Shown here piece after piece: positions 1-11,084 of a stretch of 64,000 nucleotides of DNA. Source of the stretch: Geosiphon pyriformis uo1 (taxonomy: Eukaryota > Fungi > Glomeromycota); contig JAAOMT010000400.1 of the NCBI GenBank assembly GCA_016748015.1, forward strand, positions 624,970 to 688,969, in the 5' to 3' direction. Made by a program: the position numbers and the translations under genes. The notes under the pieces are model-generated. The model had not been told where the DNA came from, did not search any database, and worked only from the letters and a program-made list of their open reading frames with translations. The stretch's first letter is position 1, and each line of letters opens with the position of its first letter.

Positions 1-541
1 TTATTGTCACTTCATCAAAGACTTTTTTAAAATTGCTCAGCCACTTAACCATCTCCAAACCAAGAATGCAAAATATGAATAGACTGAAACTCAACAAAAA
101 GCTTTTGATACTTTAAGAAGAAAGCTCATTCAAGCTCCAGTATTAATATATTCAGATTATAGTAAACCATTTATTATTACTACCAATGCATCAAGTCAAG
201 CATTAGGAGCAGTATTATCTTAGAAAAGACCAGATGAAAGAGAACATCCAGTAGCATATGCCAGCTGAGATTTAACTCCAGCCAAAAAGAACTATAAAAC
301 ACCAGAATTAGAACATTTAGCAATCTATTGGACAGTTATGAAATGGAAAGAATACTTGAGCCAAAAGTTTGAGGTATACACAGATCACAAAGGATTAACA
401 TCACTCCAAAAACAAGAATTTGGAGACAGAAGACAGTCAAGATAGAAAATGGCTCTTTTGACATATACTTATACCATACATTATAAAAAAGAAAAAGACA
501 ACAGAAATGCCGACAGTTTGTCATGAATGAGACAAATTTAA
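1..541 (+). pseudogene. Element A ORF1 3' end: RT thumb/RNase H, degenerate
   Basis: Reads IITTNASSQALGAVL..HPVAYAS.DLTPAKKNY..NADSLS*MRQI* with transition-type stops; terminal TAA 539-541. Confidence 0.88.
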
Positions 542-1383
542 GAACATTTCAACCCAAAAATATAACAAAACCAAAACAATACTCACAAAAATATAACAAA
601 AGATGAATACACAAAAATATTAACAACTTCAACATTATATAGATACTTAACAGTTCAAGAAGAAATTATCCCAATTGGAACAAAAGAAAATCAAACAACA
701 ATCCAAATATTTTATTATTTACCAAAATATACTTTATTGGAAAAATAGAAAAGATGCAGATCAACCAACCAAAGTAATTACAGAACCAAAAAAGGAGACA
801 ATACTGTTCAACATACACTCAGATCCAACTACAGAACATTTTCATAAAGAAGATACCATGGAAAGAACCAGAAAAAGATACTATTAACCATCAATGTATT
901 CAGACATCATCCAATATATGCAAAATTGTGATGCTTGTCAAAAAAGAGAAGGAACAAGACCCAGCAAACCATTAAGACCAATCAAAGTGAGACAATCATT
1001 TGACCACATTGGAATCGATTTAGTTGGACCATTGACAATTACCAGCAGAGGCAACAGATATATTGCAATAGTCATAGACTATCTTACTAAATGGCCAGAA
1101 GCCAAAGCAATTCAAAGAGCGGATGCAGAATCCATTGCCAAATTCATCCATCAAGATCTGATTTGTTGACATAGATGTCCAAAAAAACTATTATCAAACT
1201 AAGGAACTCATTTTGTGAATAGAACATTAGCAGAACTAAGCCAAAGATTCGGAATTAAGAGACCACTATCATCACTATATCATCCACAAACCAATGGATT
1301 AGTTGAAAGATTTAATAGAACATTGTGTGAAGCAATAGTGAAACTCAGCCAAAAAAACCAGGATGAATGGGATTTGTTCATAC

Positions 1384-2038
1384 TGTTATAGTTGAAACTC
1401 ATAATTTTTATTAATTATCACATGTATTAGTCACTGATGTCATATAATTAGCCACTCTATTTTTAGATAGTGATCATTGACCTAATCATTGACCTGGTCA
1501 TTGACCTGATCATTAACCACTTTCAATAGCTATATAAGCAATGAGTCTCTTAGCTGTAGAAAATCATCTCTCAGACAAGAATCAAATAAATAAAAATAAC
1601 AACTTTCATCTTAATCACTCTTTTATCGCTAATTTCCCTTTCCCTATCTTCAAGTATCCGAACATCTTAGGATAAAAGATTACTTGTTGGCCTTTTCTTG
1701 ACATATATAATTGTAGCATTTGAAGATTATTTGAATAAACGTGACTGAAGAGCACAAGTTGATACCTGATATTGAATTCTAAGAGTGCTGATGTGAGGGA
1801 TAGAATTATACTAGCAGTTATCAATTGTTGACAGTATGGACTATCCCTCTACCTTCAGATTCCCTTGTTACCTTTTGAAAAGAATAGCGACTGAGATATT
1901 TTATGAGACTGATCTTGCACATTGAATCCATACTCATTCAATTTGCTCATTGAAGTTGAATCCCCTTTAATTATTTCCATCACCCTACAATCCTGTTCTC
2001 CCTTGCTATCTGTTAGCTTGTTACTCCAACCCATAACA
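1384..2038 (+). repeat. Element B 5' LTR (655 bp)
   Basis: TGTTA...TAACA; colinear with 8362-9004 apart from one extra 12-bp unit; TATATAA at 1531. Confidence 0.95.
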
Positions 2039-2044
2039 TAAAAG

Positions 2045-2061
2045 TGGTGCTCTTTGTAAGG
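2045..2061 (+). promoter_or_regulatory. Element B primer-binding site (probably elongator tRNA-Met)
   Basis: TGGTGCTCTTTGTAAGG, 6 nt after the LTR; resembles the complement of eukaryotic tRNA-Met(e) 3' ends (TGGTGCYC...AGG). Confidence 0.7.
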
Positions 2062-2090
2062 TTGTCAAAATTTACTTATTCCCTTATTGT

Positions 2091-5000
2091 ATGGGTGATT
2101 ACTTATATTTGCCACAGCAATCAGAAGAACACTTTATAGCACACAACAGAAACAACCTAGATTTCATTGAACTTAATCCTCTGCCCTCCTGCTTGATCTG
2201 CTTCCCTCTTGAAGAACAATCCAATAGACAATTCCAAGACTTTTGGAACTGGCTCCTGAATGAACATTCAGCTGAAACCTATACAGCTTATACAACCTAT
2301 TACTTTGACCAAGCTTATTTTGAAAACAACTTTGAAGAAAGAAACAACAGTATCAATCAGCTCTTATATTCTGCAACCTTTGAACAACAGCCCCCTGATT
2401 TTGAATATCTGAATTATCAAATCCACATTTGGATTGCTGCCCATTAAGCAACTGAAACTCCCTTTGAAACAGAAGAAGAAAGCTACTAAACTGCCTCTGT
2501 TTTTGACTATTTATTAAGCGAATCAGACTCGTCTACACAAACAGTTACCCCTAAACCAATGACTAATGACCTCATGCAAGCAAACATTTTGGCCGTCCTC
2601 CAAGGTATACAAACTGCTTTAGGAAAAAGAAACAATACCCCACTACCACTATTTAGAGATAATGCACAAGATCTAATTGAATGATTGGATGATTTTGAGA
2701 GAGCTGCCACAGCCAACCAGTATGATGAAGAATACAAGTTCCAAATTGTTGGTGGCTACCTCCAAGGCTCTCCTGCTACCTGGTTCTTACAAGAAACAGA
2801 TGCCAATGCTCAACACAGAATAATCAGATGGACACCAATCAATGCTAGAGAAGAAAATACTTCTTTTACTACCCGATTTGAGGCCAAGTTCAGAACCCCA
2901 ATATTAATATCCAAATGGCACATGGAATTAGAAAGAAGAACCCAAGGCCCTGGAGAAGTAGTGACTGAATATGCCAAAGCTATTAGAAAGCTAATCAAAT
3001 ATGTAGACTCTGGGAGAAATTGGACAGAAGAACAGAAAATTCACTCCTTCACAAAAGGATTGAGAACTGATCTATCATATGCTCTTTGGTCCCTTCTGGC
3101 CCTAAAAGACAACTCTACAATGGACATGGCCATTAAACTTGCCCAACGAATTGAAGACAACCAAAGAATACATTTGGAATCTACATTTCCAGTTTTTGCT
3201 CCTGCTTCTGTCATGGCTTCTGCCTCTCAAATGGCTGCTGCTTTTTTTGCTGCCCAAACTCAAGATCCAAATGAACAATTAATTAATAAACTCACAGCCA
3301 ATTTTGCCCGGTTATTAGAACCTTTGGCACAAGCAGTCAGAGATAACCAGCAACCACCAAGACCTAGATACGAACCTCGTTTTAATTAGCCCCAGCAACC
3401 TCCCTATCAAAGACAACAAAATCATGGCCCACTTGTATGCTATCACTGTGGATTAACTGGACACTTTTCAAGAGATTGCAACAATCCTCCACTGCCTCCA
3501 CCAGTTCCCAGAAACAATAATGCCCAGAACAACAGACCCAACAACAACAATGTTCCCAACCAAAGACCCAATCATGCCAACATCAATTTCTTTGGAGAGG
3601 ATCCCCTAGTTGAAGCCACTGTTTATTAGTCTTTAAACTGGTAGGCGCATCTCCAAAAGATGAGAGTGCAAGCCAATCAGAAGAAAACCCCTTTTACACT
3701 TTTAACTTAACTAATGACAACCATAACATGGATGAATTAGCAATCAACCCCTCTAAATCCACAAGAAAGAAGAAGAAAGCCAAAGTTGATTTCGTTCTGG
3801 ACCCCAATAAAGCTTCTACATCAACTGCTAACAACAATAAGTCCCCAAAAGCCAAAATTTTCAAGAACTCTCCAAAGTTGGAACCTCCAGAAATAGTACA
3901 AAAATCCGGCCCCTATTCTGTTGTCAAAGACCTCATGGAAACCCCAGTACATATAATCTTTGGCCAATTGATGACCCATCCACAATTCAGAAAAGATTTT
4001 TGCAAATCTCTGATTCCAAAGAAAAAGACATCCAAAACTAACAAACGCCCTCGCCAAGCTGGACTTGCTGACAATAGCAATATCACTTCTCTAATTTGCA
4101 AAGCCCAAGTGGTTGGCTACTTCATTGATTTGATCCTAGACAGTGGATCATCTGTTAGTGTTATTGCTAAACACTTTCTTGAAGCAATTGGCAGAAAAAT
4201 TGATGAACCATCCACATGACCAATGATCAATGTGCATGGTGATAAAAAGAAAGGATTTGGCATAGTCAAAGCTATTCCTGTCCGCATCAATGGCATCAGC
4301 ATTGAAACTGATATGGAAGTATCTGAAGTGAAAGAATACACCATTATTGTTGGCAATGAATGGCTCAAGAAAGCAAAAGCTTTGCTTGATTATGAACTCT
4401 GTAAACTAACCATCAGATGTGGTGAGAAATCCATTGTGGTTAAGTGTCGTCATTGGACAACTCCCCCAGTATCCAAGCAGAGCCCAGAAAAAAATGAATT
4501 AGACAAATCAGATGATGAAGAAAGTGAGGAAAAAGAAGAACAAGAAGAAACTGCTAAACTCACTTATACCATCTTTATCAGCAATGACAAACCATTGGAT
4601 AATGTCAAGGCAGATAAAGAAGGAATCATTGTCAATGGCAAGCTGATCTGCTGGCCTTATTATGACATGCTCAGAAGAACCTTTGACAGAAAGCCAGGCA
4701 AGAAAGCCAAATACAGTTATTGGTGGCATGGTTCTTGTGCCTAGTGCTGATACGACAAACCATTGTATTCTCCTAGTGATAAATGCATGTCCTGCCTGAT
4801 CTATTACAAAGATTGGGAACCAATCAGCTTGATATCCTGTGAGGAAATAAAAGAAGTCCAAAAGTCTTTTGAAAACAAACCACCTGAAATCCAATTACTG
4901 GTTGTAGAACAAAGAGAACTCTCTCCAAAAGAAAGAAAAATAGACATTGAAAACCTGCTGGCTAGAAACAGTCCAGTTATCTCAAAAGAAGGTAAACCTC

Positions 5001-6315
5001 CTGAACATACATATGTGATACAACACACCATCATCACCAGAGAAACTTGCCCCATCCATTTGAAGCCCTATTAATCCAACTGGTGCAATGATGAGTTTAT
5101 CAAAAAGGAAATAACCCGAATGAAAAACCTTAGATTCATACAGGAAACTAAGAGTGAATGGGCATTCCCGGTTGTAGTGGTATCCAAGAAAAGAGAAACC
5201 CTATGCTTTTGTGTTAACTATTGCCAATTAAATGTCATTACTAAAAGAGACATGTACCCACTTCCCAAGATTAATACAAGGCTAGACCAATTTCATGGTG
5301 CCACTTTCTTTTCAACCATTGACTTAACTGCTGAATTCTGGCAAGTAGAGATGGATCCAGAAAGCAGAAAGAAAACTGCCTTCATCACCAAGTATGGCAC
5401 CTACAAATTCACAGTCATGCTTTTTGGTTTCACAAATGCTCTTCCCACCTTTCAATGCTTAATGGACAAAGTATTTGAATCAGTAAAAGAAAACTTTGTT
5501 CTAGTTTACTTGGACGACATAATGGCATACTCAAAAACCTGTGATGAATACTTTGAACATTTGCAAAAGGTTTTTGACCTCCTTAGAAATGCTGGCCTTA
5601 AGATCAATCCAATCAAATTATTCTTTGGACGTTAATCCACCCAGTTTCTTGGCCATCTTATTACAAAAGATGGAATTTTTTCTGATCCAGCCAAAATTGA
5701 AAAAGTTCAAACCATTAGACAACCAATGAATATTTATGAACTACGCTCTTTTCTTGGTTTGGCCTCTTATTATTGCAAGTTTGTCAAGAGTTTCTTCAAA
5801 ATTGCCACTCCTCTCAATTAGCTACTTAGAAAAAACATCAATTATCACTGGGGCACTCATCAACAAAAAGCATTTAAAATTCTGAAGAAAAACTGGTTAC
5901 AGAACCCATCCTTATGCAATCTAATCTGGATCGATCTTTTATCCTCCATACTGATACATCTGGTTATGAACTTGGTGCTATTCTTTCCCAGAAAGACAAA
6001 AATGGCAGGGAACATGCCGTAGCATATGCCAGTAGAACTCTCACACCAGCAGAAAGGAACTACTCAGTCATTAAACAAGAATGCTTAGCAGTAGTTTGGG
6101 CTACCAGCTACTGGGACAAATATCTTAAGGGTGTGAAATTTTTGGTGGTAACAAATCACCAAGCTTTGGTTTGGTTACACAACAAAAGAAACCTGGAACA
6201 TAAATGGATAACTTGCTGGATACTCCACTTGGATGAATTCGACTATGACATTCAATACTGCAAAAAAGCTAATCATCAAAACGCTGACGCTCTTTTCAGA
6301 CTTATCATCCAGTGA
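2091..6315 (+). pseudogene. Element B ORF1 Gag-protease-RT-RNase H, degenerate, no dUTPase
   Basis: Capsid-like RTQGPGEVVTEY..FTKGL; CYHCGLTGHFSRDC knuckle (~3438); LILDSGS; VYLDD; LHTDTS..EQECLA-like RNase H; ends TGA TAG TAA at 6313-6321. Confidence 0.92.
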
Positions 6316-6380
6316 TAGTAAAACCCTCCCAAACCAAACCAACTTAATTATTTGTAACTCCCCCACAAACAAACACAATA

Positions 6381-7694
6381 ATGGACTTGGACAACTACTC
6401 TGCCTTAATAGAATTTTTGGGTAAAGGACAATACCCGCCGGATTATACTCGACAGCAAAGAGAACATTTGCACAAACAATTAAATTTCTATTTGATTTGC
6501 CAGAACCAGTTATATAAAAGAAATAGAAAAGATCCTGACTGCCCCCAGAGAGTCATTAGATTTGAAGAAAGAGAAATTGTAATCTACATTATGCACACTG
6601 ATTTATTAGCTGGACACTTTGGAAAAACAAAAACAATTCAGAAAACTTTAGCTTACTATTATTGGCCTACTTTGGGAAAAGACATTGCTGAATACATTAA
6701 AACCTGTAATACTTGCCAAAAAAAAGGAAAACCTAATCGCAAAGAAGATATTCATCTGATCTCTGTTGGTCAACCATTTGACAGAATTGGTATAGATGTT
6801 GTTGGACCTTTAACAGTAACTCCTAATGGCAACAGATACATTATCACAGCTACCGACTATCTTACAAAGTAAGTAGAAGCAAGAGCCACCTCAGATCAAA
6901 CAGCAGTCTCAATTGCCAATTTCATTTATAAAGATATTATCTGTCACCATGGCTGCCCCAAAGAACTTTTATCTAATAAAGAAAGAGCTTTTCTCAGTAC
7001 ACTGGTTAAAGAACTTTGCAGAAAAATGGGAATACGTCATAAACTCTCTTCTTTTTATTACCCCCAAACAAATGGCCTAGTGAAATGTTTCAATAGAACA
7101 CTATATAAAACCCTAGCCAAAACCAGTGAAGAAACCAACCTATGAGACAAAGTATTGCTTTCAGCTTTGTTTGTCTACAGAACTGTGAATCATGACATAA
7201 CAAGTTATGAACCCTTTTATCTGCTTTATGAACGAATGACAATTCTACCAATAGAAACGAATATAGAAACAATACCTTTTGAAAAAATAATAATAGGAGA
7301 TTACAAAAACATTTTGCAAAGAAGACTTGGTACCATTCTTGACTCATTGGTAGAAGCACAGATAATTGCCTTTGAAAAGATAAAACAGTTCCAAGAAAAG
7401 CTCAAAAAGAAAAAAACCTATAAAACACTTTCCTTAAGTATTGGTAACTTAGTTTTGGAATACTATTCAGACAGAGACAATGTCTATGGTGATAAATTCT
7501 CCAGCTGCTGGAAAGGACCCTTTATAGTCAACAAAGTTTTGAACAATGGTTCTTATATCTTACAAGATCAATATGGAACAATCTTTAATGATCACCCTGT
7601 TTATGGCACACGACTCAAGAAATATCACAAACGACCTGATTGGTTACCTGTTGTGGTAATACCAACCCAAATGATCAACAAAATTCAGATATAA
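6381..7694 (+). pseudogene. Element B integrase, separate ORF
   Basis: ATG 6381 MDLDNY; H..GHFG..CNTC; GIDVVGP; DYLTK; WKGPF (GPY/F) C-terminus; different frame from ORF1. Confidence 0.92.
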
Positions 7695-7735
7695 ATAAAT
7701 GCACTATTCCCAAAACAGAGGTATCTTCAATCAAC

Positions 7736-8302
7736 ATGAACAATTATTTTCTAGATCAAAATATTCAAAACGCTTTCTACACTCTCCATGAGTACTGGAT
7801 CAAAAATTATCCAAATGCTACTCTAACCATTGGAAAACAAACCACCATAACTGATAACAGTAGAACACATACTGTTATTAGACCAAAAAAAACCACTACC
7901 AGAAGAGAAAAAATTGGTAGCAAAATGGATAAGTATTTGCTGAAAAGCATAACAGCAGCAATACTTACATCTTTCATGACAATTGGAAAAATGATTAAAG
8001 AAATCTTGCCCATAGACAAAAACTTGTCATATAGAAGGCAATTAGAACTCTATGATTGTCTTGGTGAAATCATAGAAGAAATGAAGCTCATAAAGAAAAC
8101 AACTTTAGAGATACAAGTGGAAATTTTGGGCATTATACGTTTAGATGTCCCAAGAGTTTTGACCATTGCAAGAAAAGCCAAAACTTTTATACAAAGATTT
8201 GGTCTTTTGGATACAAAGCTTATTTTGCCTCAAGTACTATATACTCTATCCACAAAAGACTTCAACAAACTAATTAGTTTTGAGTTAGACAAAACCCTTT
8301 AA
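7736..8302 (+). CDS. Element B ORF3, unknown ~188-aa protein in env position (frame still open)
   Basis: Open frame within track ORF 7640-8302; ATG in CAACATG context; no signal peptide or TM segment visible. Confidence 0.7.
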   Translation: MNNYFLDQNIQNAFYTLHEYWIKNYPNATLTIGKQTTITDNSRTHTVIRPKKTTTRREKIGSKMDKYLLKSITAAILTSFMTIGKMIKEILPIDKNLSYRRQLELYDCLGEIIEEMKLIKKTTLEIQVEILGIIRLDVPRVLTIARKAKTFIQRFGLLDTKLILPQVLYTLSTKDFNKLISFELDKTL

Positions 8303-8361
8303 TTAGAATACCCTATAAATAGCTTGATTTCACTGGAGCTTAATCTCTTTGAAGAGGATGA

Positions 8362-9004
8362 TATTACAGTTGAAACCCATAATTTTTATTAGTTATCACA
8401 TGTATTAGTTACTGATGTCATATAATTAGCCACTCTATTTTTAGATAGTGATTATTGACCTAGTCGTTAATCTGGTCATTAACCACTTTTAATAGCTATA
8501 TAAGCAATGAGTCTCTTAGCTGTAGAAAATCATCTCTCAGACAAGAATTAAATAAATAAAAATAACAACTTTCATCTCAAACACTTTCTTATCACTAATT
8601 TTCCTTTTCCTACCTTCAAGTATTCGAACATCTTAAGATAAAAGATTACTTGTTGGTCTTTTCTTGACATATATAATTGTAGCATTTGAAGATTATTTGA
8701 ATAAACATGACTGAAGAGCACAAGTTAATACCTGATATTGAATTCTAAGAGTGCCAATGTGAGACATAGAATTATACCAGCAGTTATCAATTGTTGACAG
8801 TACGGACTATTTCTCTACCTTCAGATTCTCTTATTACCTTTTGAAAAGAATAGCGACTGAGATATTTTATGAGACTGATCTCGCACATTGAATCCATATT
8901 CATTCAATTCGCTCATTAAAGTTGAATCCCCTTTGATTATTTCCATCACTCTACAATCCTGTTCTCTCTTGCTATCTGTTAGCTTGTTACTCCAACCTGT
9001 AACA
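8362..9004 (+). repeat. Element B 3' LTR (643 bp)
   Basis: Follows PPT GAAGAGGATGA (8351-8361); matches 1384-2038; ends TGTAACA. Confidence 0.95.
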
Positions 9005-9664
9005 ATATCATCAGTATTATTTGCTTATTGGACAATGAAGTAAGACACCACACAAACAACATCATTTGAATTGATATATGGTAAAACAGCAACATTACCA
9101 GTTGAGATAGAAGTTAACACATATCCAACTGAACCAATAACAGAAGAAAATTTCCAAGAAACATTGTTAAAAAGAACATATGACTTAATGGAAACATTGG
9201 AAAACAAATGAAAAAGAGCAGCTGATAAAATACAAAAGTCACAAGAGAAACAGAAAAAAAGACATGATAATCAACTACCAGACAAACCAGTTGAATTCAA
9301 AATTGGAGACAAAGTATTCTTACATTGTACCAAAGCAGAAAAACAATAGAGTGGAAAATTTGACCCCAAATGAGATAGACCATTTCACATAAAAAAAATT
9401 CTAAGGAATAGAGCTTACAAATTAAGACTAGATAACAAAATTTTAACCAAAGCAGCACATGAAAATTGACTGAAACCATACCACAACATCACACCACTAT
9501 TCACCAGTAATATTCCACAATTAAGAGTACAAAAGATACTAGTCCAACCAGAGGAAATTCCATGAGATCTGAAACCAATCATCATCATTGACAACAACAC
9601 GTTAAATTAATCCATAAAAAGAATATATAAAGACATGGTAGACACGACAAGAAATATTAGAAAA

Positions 9665-10288
9665 ATGGAAATTACAGACAACATCCATTTACTAGCACAA
9701 CAACTCTTTCAATTGATTCAACACCAAAAGATGAAAATTACAATTAATCAACAAACCATTCAATATCAAGACACTAGAAAAATATCACCACATAGAACAC
9801 AGAAGAAAACAGAAAATACTGTTGACAAAATCATTGTGAAAGTAAAATTAGCAATAAAAAAGTTGACAAAAAAGTCACTATATTAAGAGTTGACTAAAAA
9901 AACTTGGAATTGGTGGATACAACAATTTTCAAGAAACTATTGTTATTTTTACTTGGGACAACACGTGAATATCCAGAATCTATATATGGATAAAACAAAG
10001 CAATTATTCAACATCAGAATACTACAACAATTAAAACATTTTGTGGGAAAGAACAACTTATCCACACAGACCCAAGTCATATACCAAATACACACAGCAT
10101 TTCAGGATCGACCAGAAATCTTACTCAACAAAGCAATGGACACAGTTACCAATAATCAATTAAAAAAGATCATTAATGCTCAATTTGAAGAATTACAGAC
10201 TCAAATAACACAAGTAATTCTTGAAAATGAAATTCAGGAAATACTTCAAGAAGGAGAATTAACAGAGTTAGATTTTGATGGGGCTTAA
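9665..10288 (+). pseudogene. Element A ORF3, unknown protein (one internal TAA)
   Basis: Track ORFs 9635-9886 and 9890-10288 share a frame; YCYFYLGQHVNIQNLY motif shared with E and F ORF3. Confidence 0.8.
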
Positions 10289-10307
10289 GATTAAAAGGAG
10301 AGAATAA

Positions 10308-11084
10308 TATTACTTATAGAAATATAGAGAATATATATTAGCATAGTTATTAACCAATTAGAAGTAGACATAGTAAAATATGGAATTCCAGGATTCCTCT
10401 TAGGAATTGCAGGATTCCTGTTGTGAAGAATTGAAGAATTAAGGAATCTCAATTATATATATATAGCAGTAGGATTAGAAGCTAAAAAGACAGACCTCTC
10501 AGTTTAAATTTCATCTAGACAACCTTCCAAACCACAAATAAATAACTGTTTGTTATCTCAAACCCGCTGTTACTATCAATACTTCATGTTGATAATAATT
10601 AATCTTTAACCATACTGGAACAATAGCTTTTGATTATGGCTATTAATGGAATACTAATTTGCAAATCGCCTTGGCTTATTTCTTTTCTTTCTTTATTTTC
10701 TTTTCTTTTTTTTATTTCTTGCTTTGATTTTATTGTTGTTTACTAACTCTATTGAGGATTAATGTGTGGGATACTGATATCAGGATAAACGTGACTGGTA
10801 AAAAACCCAGAAATAAGGGTAGAACACTCAATTGAGGATAGCTTACCAGAAAAAATACTGGCCATCAAGCTGAGAAAGAAATTGACAAAACTGCGGTTTC
10901 GGGAAGCTATGAATAAAACTATTACCATTAAATCTCTGTTTATTATACAAAGAACTCAACCAAACCCTTTGAATATAAATCTGTCAGACACAAATCTTCA
11001 GATCACTATCAATTGCAACTAAATTTGAGCACCAAGTTATGAGTTTGTTATCTAATCCAACACCAGAAATAGTCACCTGTAACA
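10308..11084 (+). repeat. Element A 3' LTR (~777 bp)
   Basis: After PPT; TATTAC (decayed TGTTAC)...TGTAACA; 3' half alignable to the F LTR. Confidence 0.88.

Larger units (their letters stand above)
1384..9004 (+). mobile_element. Full-length Ty3/Gypsy LTR retrotransposon B (7.6 kb)
   Basis: LTR pair, PBS, PPT, gag-PR-RT-RH, IN and 3' ORF; 4-bp TSD ATAC (1380-1383) / ATAT (9005-9008). Confidence 0.96.
603..9610 (+). pseudogene. Element A integrase ORF (603-1383 and 9009-9610), split by element B
   Basis: Own ATG at 603 (MNTQKY); HSD..HFH..CDAC zinc finger, GIDLVGP, DYLTKW, YHPQTNGLVERFN; FIP|SVLFAY rejoins across B and matches the uninterrupted F copy at ~57718. Confidence 0.9.
1..11084 (+). 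mobile_element. Ty3/Gypsy LTR retrotransposon A (5' part outside window), interrupted by element B at 1384-9004
   Basis: RT-RNase H remnant 1-541; integrase 603-1383 resumes at 9009; 3' ORF; PPT AAAAGGAGAGAA 10293-10304; 3' LTR ending TGTAACA at 11084. Confidence 0.93.

Noticed and set aside
7480-7694. Chromodomain at integrase C-termini
   Set aside because: The integrases end shortly after the GPY/F module in a PxVVI-type tail, with no chromo motif
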